Origin: Mobula hypostoma
Taxonomy: Eukaryota
Assembly: GCF_963921235.1 (NCBI RefSeq)
Contig: NC_086121.1
Coordinates: forward strand, 26,784,001 to 26,848,000
Length of the DNA stretch: 64,000 bases
Direction: 5' to 3'
Shown here one piece after another: positions 36,683 through 48,444 of the stretch; position 1 is the first letter of the stretch; each line of letters starts with the position of its first letter. The notes under the pieces are model-generated. The model saw only the letters and a program-made list of their open reading frames with translations. It was not told the DNA's origin and made no database searches. Position numbers and translations under genes: made by a program.

Positions 36683-38136
36683 TTCTCTCATTTTTCTATT
36701 CTCCCCACACTTTCATCAGCTCCCTCCAGAGCGACCACTCACCAGCAATGTACCATGACAAATTAACCAACCAACCTGCACACCACCATTTCTTTGGGAT
36801 GTGGAAAGAACCCGGAGGAAATTCGCAGTGCCAAAGGGAAATCATGTAAATTCCACACACACATATTGACCCTAGATCTGTTGTGTGGGGAGGCAGCATC
36901 TCTACTATTGGCACCACTGTGTCACTCAGAACTGCTGCCAGTCCTGAAGGTACGTGTGGGTGTGAGAACTCTGCGCCAAACTTTGCAGTGCTGTCTGCAG
37001 TCTATTGGTCTCTTGATCTATTTTAAAGTGTTACGTGAAACTGTCATCACTTCCTGTGTAAGTATTGGCAGCACCTTCTACTGAGGTGTTCGTTGCCATC
37101 TGTGTAAGGTGCAGGGGGAGGGACTGAGGGCCTGGAGCATCTGCAGTTGGCCAAGGAAATTTTGGGCGAGATGGAAAGTTGAAGTATTTCTCTGTTTGTT
37201 CCATCTATAATTCATGTGCCCAGGAGCTCTCTGGAGCTGCTGAAAAGCCAACTCTGATTATGGCTGTGTGGATTGTAAATCACTGCATTGAGCAAATCAA
37301 AGTCAGAGCGGGAATAAAATTGTATTGTCACTAGAAAATATTTGCTCGATAGTAATGTGGGTTTTTAGAAACTAATTACTTTCTAATTAACAACCAGGGT
37401 GACGGGGGTGGGGGGGGAGGGTGAAATGTCAAGGTCCAAATTGTATGCACCAGTGTGGTTCATAAAATCATGAAAGAACACCAGACAATGAGCAAAGGAA
37501 TGAAATAACTTTGATTTATTGCCTTTTACAACCTGAGATTGTTCCTAAATCTCGCACAATTAAATGCATTGGAAGTGAGTCACTTTTTTTTATCAGCAAA
37601 TACAGGAGCTAAATTGTACACAGGAAGTTCTAAAAAGAATTATAATAAGATGAACAATAATTTATTCTCTCTTGGCAATGACAAACAAGATTTACACGTC
37701 GAAATATCAGAGGCGAGAGAACACACACACACACACACACAGAGCAGTGTAGGGCAATGAGAATATTTACACATTTGAGCGTTAGAGTTGTGCGAACATT
37801 TGCACAAACCCATATCAGGGCAGTGAGAATATTAACATGCCGTGGTGCCAGATTGTGAACACACTTCAGTGTGAGCACATGGTGAGCATCTGTACAGTGC
37901 ATTCACTGCATAGTGAAAGCCCAGGCAGACCCCAGTGCGAGAGCATTGTGGATATTGGCAATTCAGTGAAGATATTTACGCCAGCCAATATCGGGATTTT
38001 GCGAAAAAGTTGCTCTCTGTGGTGTTAGGGGAGGTGTGAAAATTTACATTTTATTGTGTTAGAGCTAAGGACATTCACTCACTGCATAGCTGGGTTAGTT
38101 CCTGCCTGTAATGGCTTTTAGGTCAGCAATAAAGGT

Positions 38137-38865
38137 CTTCATAGAGGGATCAGAAGTGGAGAGAGTGAGCAGCTTCAAGTTCCTCGGAGTCAAGATCTCT
38201 GAGGATCTGACCTGGTCCCAACATATCGATGTAGTTATAAAGAAGGCAAGACAGTGGCTATACCTTATTAGGAGTTTGAAGAGATTTGGCATGTCAACAA
38301 ATACACTCAAAAACTTCTATAGTTGTACCGTGGAGAGTATTCTGACAGGCTGCATCACTGTCTGGTATGGAGGGTCTACTGCACAGGACCGAAAGAAGCT
38401 GCAGAAGGTTGTAAATCTAGTCAGCTCCATCCTGAGCACTAGCCTACAAAGTACCCAGGACATCTTTAGGGAGTGGTGTCTCATAAAGGCAGTGTCCATT
38501 ATTAAGGTCCTCCAGTATCCAGGGCATGCCCTTTTCTCACTGTTACCACTAGGTAGGAGGTACAGAAGCCTGAAGGCACACACTCAGCGATTCAGGAACA
38601 GCTCCTTCCCCTCTGCCATCCAATGCCTAAATGGACATTGAAGCTTTGAACACTACCTCACTTCTTTAAATATACAGTATTTCTGTTTTTGCACATTTTT
38701 TGAATCTATTCAATATACTGATTGATTTACTTGTTTATTTATTATTATGTTTTATTTTATTAATTATTTTTTTCTCTCTCTGCTAGATTATGTATTGCAT
38801 TGAACTGCTGCTGCTAAATTAACAAATTTCACGTCACATGCCGGTGATAATAAACCTGATTCTGA
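38137..38865 (+). mobile_element. Rex1/Babar LINE 3' fragment (young)
   Basis: Open frame IEGSEVERVSSFKFLGVKISEDLTWSQH...RFRNSSFPSAIQCLNGH; nearly identical to 15100-15838. Confidence 0.9.
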
Positions 38866-39370
38866 CTCAACTCTGTCCTTGGCCATCTTCTCTATTGTGC
38901 CCAGTTGTGGTTCAGGGTCCTCATTTCTGCCTTTACAGTACAGCGCCAAGTCATCTTTAGTCTCCCTTGTTTCCTCTGCCCTTCAGGGATCCAATAACAT
39001 ACCGTCTTGAAGAGTTGGCCTCTCTTTCTTGGCCTTGGAGGTGTTCTGGGCTTTCTCCATTATGGCAGTGGCTTCCTTTCTCGGTTTACATTACTGTCAG
39101 TCATTCAAATCCCAGGTGGAGACTCAGGAATACAAACAGAGAAGGATTTTTTGTTGCTGTTTCCATAACAATTGTTTTTGGACCAGACGGGGTTGCTAGC
39201 CCTGAACTGAACCCTCGAACTTGGAGGACTGGTGTACCACTGGCCTCTGCCCTTTGACCTGTTTGGCAGGAGTCAAAGTGCAAGCCCTGACTCCAGCCAG
39301 CACAGCTCTCCGGGTCATTGAGGCACACCAACCTCCAAACCCAGAGAAAAGGTTGTGGTCCTCCTGGAGG
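38866..39370 (-). mobile_element. RTE-derived non-autonomous element with ORF C-terminal remnant
   Basis: Minus strand has the 5' UTR of the 21368 family plus an RTE-like C-terminus (PEGQRKQGRLKMTWRCTVKAEMRTLNHNW). Confidence 0.7.
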
Positions 39371-39734
39371 GCATGGCTAGGACAGTGGGATTATTTGCAC
39401 ATGATAGTGAGAGGATGGTGTAAATTTTGACACACTGCTTTTCAGGGTGATGAACATATTTGCAAACTTAAGTCTCAGGTCCGTATAAATTTTTTTTAAA
39501 CTGTGGTATCGAGACAATGAATATTTGTGCAGTATATCCGGACAAAGAGAACATGTACAGATTGCTCATTTACAGTGAGAATGTTTGCACGCATCAGAAC
39601 GGGCACAAGGTCAATACTTGCACGCTGCCGTGTTGGGGCAACGAAGAACCCAGACACCGAGGTGTCAGAGGAAGGAGAAAGCTTGCCGCCTGCAGTGTCA
39701 GCGTAGTGTGAATATCCACACCCTGACACGGTAG

Positions 39735-40143
39735 TTAATGGCTAGCACATCGCTTTACAACATCAGCTTTCGCTGGCAGGGGTTCAATTGCCTCCGCCGC
39801 CTCTGGGTGCTCCCGCTTCTTCCCGCATTCCAAAAACATACGGTTCGGGTGAGTGAGTTGTGGGCAGGCTATATTAGCACCGGAAGTGTGTAGAAGTGCC
39901 CAGCGCAATCCTCGCTGAATTGATTCGATGCAGACGATGCATTTCACTGTATGTCGAGGGAGAGTACTGTAACGCTTTATGGTGCCAGGTTCAATTCCCG
40001 CTGCCGTCTGTAAGGAGTTTGCAGGTGTTCCCTCCCACAGTCCAGAAACGCACCGGCTGGGAGGTTCACTGGTCAGATGGGGGTATCTGAGCAGCACGGG
40101 TTTGTTGGGCCAGATCAGCCAGTTACCAAGCTGTATCTCTAAA
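39735..40143 (+). mobile_element. Two tandem V-SINE-like elements
   Basis: B-box-like ggggttcaattg and aggttcaattcc, each followed by V-domain remnants (tctgggtgctcccgcttcttcccgcattccaaa; cctcccacagtccagaaacg). Confidence 0.65.
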
Positions 40144-41123
40144 AAAGCACTGTGATTTCAGGGCAGGGATAGTACTTTCAAACAGCATCGACAGGGCAGA
40201 GTGAATATATGCAATCACCGTTGTCAGGTCAGTGAGGATATTTGCAAACTACGATGTCAGGACAGTAAATGTTGTATATTGTGCTGACTTTGGAAGTCGG
40301 ATAACTTACACTTCGCTTAACTCATGAATGTGAAGTCATTCATATCCACAGCACAGTGTCAGGAGGATGTGACTACCGACACACGGTAGTATCGGATGGA
40401 TATCTACACCTTGCTGGATTACACCTGCACATATATTAACATACTACAGCGGTAGGTCAATCGGAATACCTAGACCCTACACTGCTACTTGGTGTGAATA
40501 AACTTTAAATGAGATCAAAGCAGTTTGGGATAGCTATATGGCGAGAGTGGAAACATTTTCACTTGAGTAAATTTGAAAGTTAGGTAATATAACACTAAGT
40601 TTTTTGTTCAGTGTATATTAGGATATACTGTGTAAGTTTCTACTTGCTACTTCGCGAAATAATACTGATGCATTGCTTGTGAGGGTATTCAGAGAAAACA
40701 AAATTCTGACTGGTTGAAAGTTACTGAGCAGAATTTTCAACTTCAGGGGGCGTTGCTGCCAGTTTCATTGATTGCACAGACTGAGAAACATTGTAAAATC
40801 ACCCAGATCCCACACGTTAGGGTGTAAATAGGCACACAGCTCTCACCACAGAGTGTGTAAGTATTCACACTGCTCTCACCATAGTGTGTAAATCTTCACA
40901 CTGCCCTGACCACGGAGTTTTTAAATGTTCACGCTGCCCTGAACACAGAGTGTGTAAATGTTCACGCTGCCCTGAACACAGAGTGTGTAAATATTCACAC
41001 TGCCCTGACACCATTTTGGTGAAAGTCTCTCACGGCCCTGACTAAGCAGGATACATTTTGTTTTGTGGGAGACTTACCTTTATATTGAGGAAAATACGTG
41101 GAAGGTACTGCACAGCGCAGTCC

Positions 41124-41843
41124 CAGATTTAGATTCAGGTTTATTTATCGCTTCTACATGAAAACGTACAGTGAAAAGTGTCAATTATGTCAACAACCAA
41201 CACACCCAAGGATTTGCTGCGGGCATTCCAGCGCCAACATGACTTGCTCACGGTGCTTGGCAGAACAACACAGAACACAGAACGGAATATACCGAGCAAC
41301 AAAACAACAGCAGCAAAGCAAGGCCCGACCCCCCCCCCACACACACCCACGCACATACACAGTCCTCTAACCCCAGGGCAGGCCATCTTCTTTGGCCTCC
41401 AGTCTTCAGTGGATTCGTGGATTCGGGTCTTTGACTTCAGCTTCCTCAGCGAACTCGCAGAGACGATCAGACTCAGAGCTCCGGCCACTGGGCCTCAAAT
41501 TCTGGACTTCTGATTGGCCTTCAAGCTTTGATCTGGACTTCCAATCAAACTTTGGGCTTCGATCTTTAGCGTCCACCCAGGACTTGCCGATGGCAATGAA
41601 CGAGGACCCAAACTCCAGGCCTTGAACCAGATGACTTGTGAAACTGCTGGCCTCATCGCTGGCCTTCGAGCATGGAGAGGAGGCCCAGACTCTGGTCTGT
41701 CCTCTAATTCCTCCACATTAATGTCCCAAACCCCTAACCTGATCCCTATTTTCACTCTCCGTTCAAAAAAGCAGCCCCACAAAACAAAAAACACCCAAGT
41801 CGGAGTTGCGAGCTTGACCGAGACTCCAGCTCAGCGCCATCTT
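41124..41843 (-). mobile_element. ORF-less non-autonomous retroelement with LINE-like 5' start and Rex1-type tail
   Basis: Minus strand begins caagatggcgctg and ends aaataaacctgaatctaaatct. Confidence 0.5.
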
Positions 41844-42369
41844 GAATACTCCTTTCATTTTGTTCCTGTCATTTCAGCAGCCCTGAGTTGACCAACTTCC
41901 ATGTTTATGTGAAACACTATAGGCTGCTCCTCATCCCCATGATCTTGATCGTTGCTCAGCCAGTGTGGAGTGTGGCGGATCAGTTGGAGAGCTTCATCAT
42001 CAGCCTTCTTCCAGGCCTGGCCAGGCCTGCCATTGACAGGTCCAGGAGGTGGGCTGTCAAAGCCTGTCCAAACTTCTCCTGTGCCCCATGCTCATGGACG
42101 GGGACGATGCTAGCTTGTGGGAGACCTGCAAGTGGATTGGGCACTGCTAGGATTTGAGTGCATCCTGTAAAGTGAGGATTGTATTTTAGAGATCTTTGCT
42201 TTTAAGAAAAAAATGTTGGGTTTCTGTGGGAATTAGCCACAATTAAAGGTCTTACTGCCTTTGCTTCCAAATTAATTAAAATTTATATTAAAACTTCATG
42301 AACTATTTAAATTTGTAAATGGACAATGATTGTTAACACTAAGTAATGGAATTAAATTAATTAAATGCT

Positions 42370-42932
42370 GTGAGGAGTTTTTACGTTCTCCCCGTGTCCA
42401 TGTGGGTTTCCTTCCAAAGTCTAAAGATGAACTGGTTGGTGGGTTAATTGGTCATTATAAGTTGTCCCGTGATTAGGCTGGGATTAAATTGGGGGAATTG
42501 CTGGGCTCAAAGGATCAAAAGGGCTAATTCTGTGCTGTATCTCAATAAATCGGGCAGATGGGGCTCGTCAGCCTTGGACGGCAGCCCGCCTAGGAGAAGG
42601 AAAACTCTGATTTTAAACCTCCGCTGCCTTGCGGCCATACCCACCCATGGGAGAGGCTTTGGGAGTAAACCCCAAGGAAGAAATCTGGAGCCCGGGTCCC
42701 TAAGGCTGTTTGATGTTGTTTACAATTTCACTCTGGCAACGTCTGCGACGACACTGGTGCCAAGCTGTATTGGCGCTTGACCTTCCCTTGGTGTGGTGTC
42801 CCTTCAGTGGCATGGAGAGGGGGACCCCGCTGAATGGGCAACAGCCGGTTCTTCAAATCTTCCCGGCTGGGCTTGCACCACAGTCCACCAGAGGCGCTAA
42901 CCCATGACCCCCCGGGATCGACGGCGGTCTAC
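42370..42932 (+). mobile_element. V-SINE body followed by an RTE-like segment
   Basis: V-domain ggagtttttacgttctccccgtg...gggttaattggtcatt, then gggctcgtcagccttgg...ctaggagaaggaaaactctgattttaaacc. Confidence 0.55.
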
Positions 42933-44011
42933 TATTTCAATTGATGATAAATAAATAAGTAACTTACTATGAAAAGGTCAAGTTAATTGTTTGGCATTTA
43001 TATAGTTTAGAATTCTTATTAATCAATAATACTTTGCAATGTCCAAAAACCTTTGGTAAGGCAAGGTGTAAATCATCTCATCACTCTGACAATTAAGAGT
43101 ACATGTAAACTTCACTCTGACAATACAACCCTGAAGAGCATGAATAGAACAAGGGCTCAACTCAAGTCAGGTCAAGTTTATTGTCATTTAACTGTACACA
43201 CTTATATAACATTATAATGTATAGAGAAACGAGACAATGTTTCTCTGAACCAGGGTGTAAAGCACGGTAGTATACATAACGCACATAATGTACCATAACT
43301 TACGAAGGTAAGGATAAAATCTACAGGTGAATAACACATAAATAACAAGCTAACGTGCATTAATATTAAATATTGTAAGGTACGGAACAGATTAACTGGT
43401 GACACTTCAAATAGGGGCAACAGTAAGTCATTAAGCCCTGAAAGCCTGGCCTATCATTCAAAATGCTGGCGGCAGATCTATACTGGTCCCTTTTCCTCTT
43501 TTGTGACATTTCTCGGTAACACTTCTATTCCTCTATCTATACAATATCTTCACTTTAAATACTTTAATGATCCAGCTTCTACCACCCGCAGGGGCAGAGA
43601 ATGACAGGAATTCACCACACTCTGTGAAAAGACATTTCCATGTACCTAGTTTTTTAAATACCCTGCCCCTTACCTCATCAAGCCTTCCCCCCACCACCCT
43701 CGGGATATTATGTACTTGAATAAATTCCAGGGTATATAGTCAAAACTATATAGGCTCCCTTGATAGGAAACCCACCTCATTCCAGGATTAGCTTGGTGAA
43801 TCTCCTTTGTACTGTCTCCAATGTTACTATATTTTTAAAGTAAGGGAATACTTACTTCTTTGATAACTGCCCTTACATTGTAGTGTACCACTATCTACAC
43901 CGAACTAAATTTTCTGTATCTAAATATATAGGCAATCCTGATATTAGAGTTGGTGAATTTTCACAGTGTCCTATCAATGAATGTAGTGATCTTTCCAAAA
44001 TCCTGATGGAG

Positions 44012-44968
44012 CAGTTTGTAAAGACAGAGAACCTTGTGTTACAACAGTTTAGGTAACAGAAAGTCATCCCTATGGAATTCACAAATAATTACCAAAATTG
44101 AAAAAAAATAAGTTATAGAATAAAAATTCTCTTGAGGAATTTATGTGAAAAAAGAATAAATAAACACAAAGGGTACACAGAAACCTGAACGAATTTAACA
44201 AAAACAATGATCACGGGCTGCTGGTTCACAGCAGGAGGCCACTTAAAGGATTTGCTTTGGGAAGTGATAAGGCAATTTGCTCAATTCTACCTAAACTTGT
44301 ACAACTATACTCTAACAGACAATGTAACATCATTCCTAGTTAATTAAAACAGCAATCCTTTCTCTCCTGCCTACAATACAATGAGAGTGCACGAGCCTAT
44401 AGACCATGCCCTCACAGGGGGCATTACTTTTGAGTGAAAAGCTTCCCTCCCTATAAAGGGAATGAATCTCCACTGATAACATGGGATTCAGTTGATAAAA
44501 AAAGACAGTGAACCTTGCATTACAACAACTTAGGTAGCAGAATGTCATCCGTACGGAATTGACAAATCATTACCAAAATTTTTAAAAAATGAGTTTTGGA
44601 ATAGCAGTTCTCTTGAAGAACTAATGTGAAAAAATGAATAAACAAACACAAAGTGTACACAGAAACCTGAACAAATTTAACAAAAACAATGCTCATGAGC
44701 TGCTGGTTCACAGCAGGAGACCACTTAAAGGATTTGCTTTGGGAAGTGATAAGGCAATCTACTCTATTCTACTGAAACCTGTACAACAACATACCATCAA
44801 ACAATGTAACATCATTCCTAGTTAATTAAAACACCAATCCTTTCTTTTCTACTTACAATACAATCAGAATTCACTAGCCTATAGACCATGCACTCATAGG
44901 GCATTACTTTTGAGAGAAAAGCATCCCACTCTATAAGGGGAATGAACCTCCACTGATAACATGGGATT
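44012..44968. repeat. Tandem dimer of a ~480-bp AT-rich unit
   Basis: aagacag.gaaccttg at 44021 and 44502; aatgaa.ctccactgataacatgggatt at 44461 and 44941; roughly 85% identical by eye. Confidence 0.92.
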
Positions 44969-45033
44969 TAATGGGTACAAAAAGTTTACTCTATGGAAAA
45001 CACAAGACAGGTGGTTTTCTGGCAACACAACAC

Positions 45034-45157
45034 TGTAAACCTGGAGGCTGTGTCATGTGTGAAGCCAAGCAGAGCTGCAGAACGGATGATGTTAATGAGA
45101 GAGATAATGAGAGACAACGGAGAGCCATTCAAAATGCTAATAAGAGAGAAGAGAGAG

Positions 45158-45197
<40 letters not shown>

Positions 45198-45715
45198 GTA
45201 ATTCAGTATGTGGCGTCTGCCACAGACAGTTTGCTTTGAACCTGAACTGTTCATTAACAATCCTGCTGAGACAATAGGAAGTGTGAAGTTTGATGGACAG
45301 GTGGATAAAAATAAGGGGTTTGCTAAGGCACAACACACACGCCACGAGACCCTGGAAAGAGCATTGTGCCCCACAAGTTGGTGGGAGTTTGGAGGACCGA
45401 TTCGCGGGGGTCAGCTAGAGGCTCCCAGGGTGTAAAGGTACGACCGGTGGGGACCTGTTGTGTATCCGCCCTTGCCTGGGTGCTGGGTTCACCATGGAAG
45501 AATGGTCGCATCCGGAACGGAGGGGTCACAGTTGGTGACCACAGCGGGATCAGAAGGCATCGAAAGGTTTGCCTGAAACCAACTGTATCTCTCACTCTCT
45601 TTCTCTCTCTCCAATGGTACAACAACAGCGATTACTTTGAACTACACTAGACTGAACTGAACTCTGCTTCACCTTAAGACTGATCATTTTACCCCTAAAC
45701 TGCGATAGAGCTTGG
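45034..45715 (+). mobile_element. Probable LTR (solo or partial) of an LTR retrotransposon, with an internal (GA)n tract
   Basis: Starts tgtaa; CpG-retaining and non-coding; TATA-like gataaaaataag; (GA)n at ~45163-45193. Termini and TSD not resolved. Confidence 0.4.
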
Positions 45716-47162
45716 TCTCCACCCTGCTCACTGTGGCATCCTGTGGGTACACAGTTGTACATCTTGCAGTTTATTTGCAACACTGACCACCTCCCATCAC
45801 GCATTAGCTCCCATGCAGGGTTAACTGTAAGCATGGGAGTTGTTGGGGAATCTGAGCCATTCTCCTATCAGACCTGGGGGGGGGTGGGGGTCACTTTCAT
45901 GACATTTCTTGCTGCTTAATTGCAGCTACGGTATGTTTTAAACTCTGGAGAGACAAGAGACCACAGACGCCGGAATCTGGAGCAACAAGTGTTCTGGAAG
46001 TCAGTGGGTCAGGTTAATCATAGTCATAGTCATACTCTATTGATCCCAGGGGAAATTGGTTTTCGTTACAGTTGCACCATAAATAATTAAATAGTAATTA
46101 AATAGGTTGAAACCTGATGCAGATTTTTAAACTGGGACATTGGCAATCCCTGACCTCACACATTTTTAATTCAGACTTATACCTTCATCCAGGCACAGAG
46201 GCAAGTTTGAGTCATAGTTCAGAGCTAAATTGGTCCCATGCCCTGGACCAGGATATCTGACCAGGAATCATATACCCTTGGGCTGTTGTCATCTTGAATG
46301 GAATGAGGTGCATCCTAAGGTCAAACAGTTTGTGCACGTCCACTCTCCCAGCCTACACATGAAGGAAGGACAACAAAAACTGGAAACAAATATGTCAGCA
46401 CGAAGAAGGAGGAAAAGTCTCTAGGGTGAAATGAGGAACTTTTAGACCAAACTGGAATAATTTAGGAAAACAAAACTTTCCATTGCCAATTCTTAAAATT
46501 ACAGTAAAAGACATAGCATTCTGATTGGACACTTGAAACATGAGCGGGGTCATTGTCCAGAACAGGACAAGATGGAGCGGAGATGTAATGACGATCTGCA
46601 TCTGCTTTGTTACATTGTAACTCAACCTTATCACATCTCAAGCTCAACCTGGGCTATTAGTAAGATGATTGCAGCACTATTGGAACAAGATTCCCACCCC
46701 TTTACTCAATGCAGCTGGGTTTTACTACTACATTGCGGGGAGAGTTTGCCAAGTCATTTCTGGCAGCGGAGAGAGGAAACCGGCTGTTGGTGGATTTTTG
46801 TACTTGGACCCAACTTGTCTTTGTATCATTTTTTTCGCCCAAGCGGGCTGGTCTGTGTTACAGAATCTGCTGGCTGTAAATCCATTGGCAACTTTGCTGT
46901 GACTCAAGTCTTGGCTGCAGGGCTCAGAAGCAGCTGCTCCATTTTGCTTCCGTCTGCTATGATGTGTTAGCATTCTGAAACTGTCCACCAGCCCCGTAAA
47001 CAGTTCAAGACTCCACTGACTGCGCATTAGTGGGTGACATCTGAGCTCCTGTACGTCCACTGCACAACTTGTGAGCACCAGGACAGCCATTGTGGAATTA
47101 ACCCTTCTAATCCCACTTACCACCACTGCTTGTGGTGGGAGCAATGGGCCTTTAACACTGCC

Positions 47163-47331
47163 ACACCCGCAAAATGCTGCAGGAACTCAACAGATGAGGC
47201 AGCATTTACAGAGAGGAATAAACAGCTGATGTTTAGACGTATCTGACATCAACATCCATAGAGGCTGCTCAGTTCCTACAGCATTTTGTGCTCGTTGCTC
47301 TGGATTTCTAGCATCTGCAGAATCTCTTGTA
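47163..47331. mobile_element. Inverted PLE terminal-repeat pair (older)
   Basis: aaaatgctgcaggaactcaac... / ...cagttcctacagcattttgtg; imperfect TSD tttaacactgcc / ttttacactacc (47151-47162 / 47332-47343). Confidence 0.65.
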
Positions 47332-48001
47332 TTTTACACTACCCATCCATTCCAAGAATGTTTTGAGGCAGGTGCTCAAACAAAATCAGGCACCCAGCCA
47401 CAATGGGAGATCCTTAGGCCGACTGACACACACTCTGGCAAAAAGAGGCAGCTTTTTAGGAGTGAATTAAAAGAAAAAGAAGTTCTGGGAGGTGAAGTTG
47501 GGCATGTAAATGCAAGGAAGAACGGAAAGCTAGGATTAGAGGAACAGAGAAATCTTGGCACAGCAGTGAGGCAGGGATTGAGACCCAGGCTTGGTCATGA
47601 CTTTGGACATTGCGAATGTGGAGTTTACACACTTGCTCTGTGGCCACCCCAGTTTCCTCCTACATCCCAATGGCACCATCACTGTAAGTCAGTGGCAAAA
47701 GAAGCAAAGGGATATTGGTTGGCATGAAAAATCAAATTAGTTAAAGACTTATGGGGAAATAAGGAGGGTGGAACCGGACTGATGCAATTGGTCCATCAGA
47801 GTTGGCATGGTCCAGATGGGCTGAATGGTGTCATTCAGTAATGGAAGTAATATAGTTGTGAAGTCCAGGTTGATATAGAGTCGTGAGGCCTTTGGAAAGG
47901 AATTGCAAACACAAGTGATAGTTTCTCACTTTATCTTCTCATCTCCAAGACTCTCCTTCTCTAGCTAACTTTCATACACTCACCTTCATCCTTACTTAGT
48001 T

Positions 48002-48362
48002 TAAAAACACAAACATGGGGAAACTGCTGATGCTGGAAATTCAAGCAACACACATCAAAGTTGTTGGTGAACGCAGCAGGCCAGGCAGCATCTCTAGGAA
48101 GAGGTAGAGTCCACGTTTCAGGCCGAGACCCTTCATCGGGACTAACTGAACCCTTTTGCCAATCAACTGTCCAGCTCTTGGCTCCATCCCTCCCCCTCCT
48201 GTCTTCTTCTATCATTTTGGATCCCCCCCTCCCCCTTTCAAATCTCTCACTAGCTCTTCTTTCAGTTAGTCCTGACCAAGGGTCTCGGCCCGAAACGTCG
48301 ACTGTACCTCTTCCTGAGATGCTGCCTGACCTGCTGCGTTCACCAGCAACTTTTATGTGTGT
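48002..48362. mobile_element. Inverted PLE terminal-repeat pair with two hammerhead motifs
   Basis: ~110-bp inverted arms; perfect 13-bp TSD tccttacttagtt (47989-48001 / 48363-48375); hammerhead motifs at ~48109-48144 (-) and 48268-48303 (+). Confidence 0.9.
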
Positions 48363-48444
48363 TCCTTACTTAGTTGTTGGATCTTCCACCAAATTCCTTG
48401 AACAATTTCCCATTTAAGGCAGTCAATAAGTCCAAATATACTCG

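Larger units (their letters stand above)
37745..41042. repeat. Degenerate ~33-bp minisatellite, interrupted by transposons, ending in an inverted sub-array
   Basis: Units resembling gtcagggcagtgtgaatatttacacactctgtg at ~37745-38090, 39375-39735 and 40145-40500; reverse-complement units ttcacactgccctgaacacagagtgtgtaaat at 40820-41042. Confidence 0.7.

Noticed and set aside
40820-41042. CRISPR-like array
   Set aside because: Head-to-tail minisatellite without unique spacers, in a vertebrate context with no cas genes.
42885-42900. CTCF-like motif ccaccagaggcgc
   Set aside because: One base short of the core consensus and inside a repeat; no supporting evidence.
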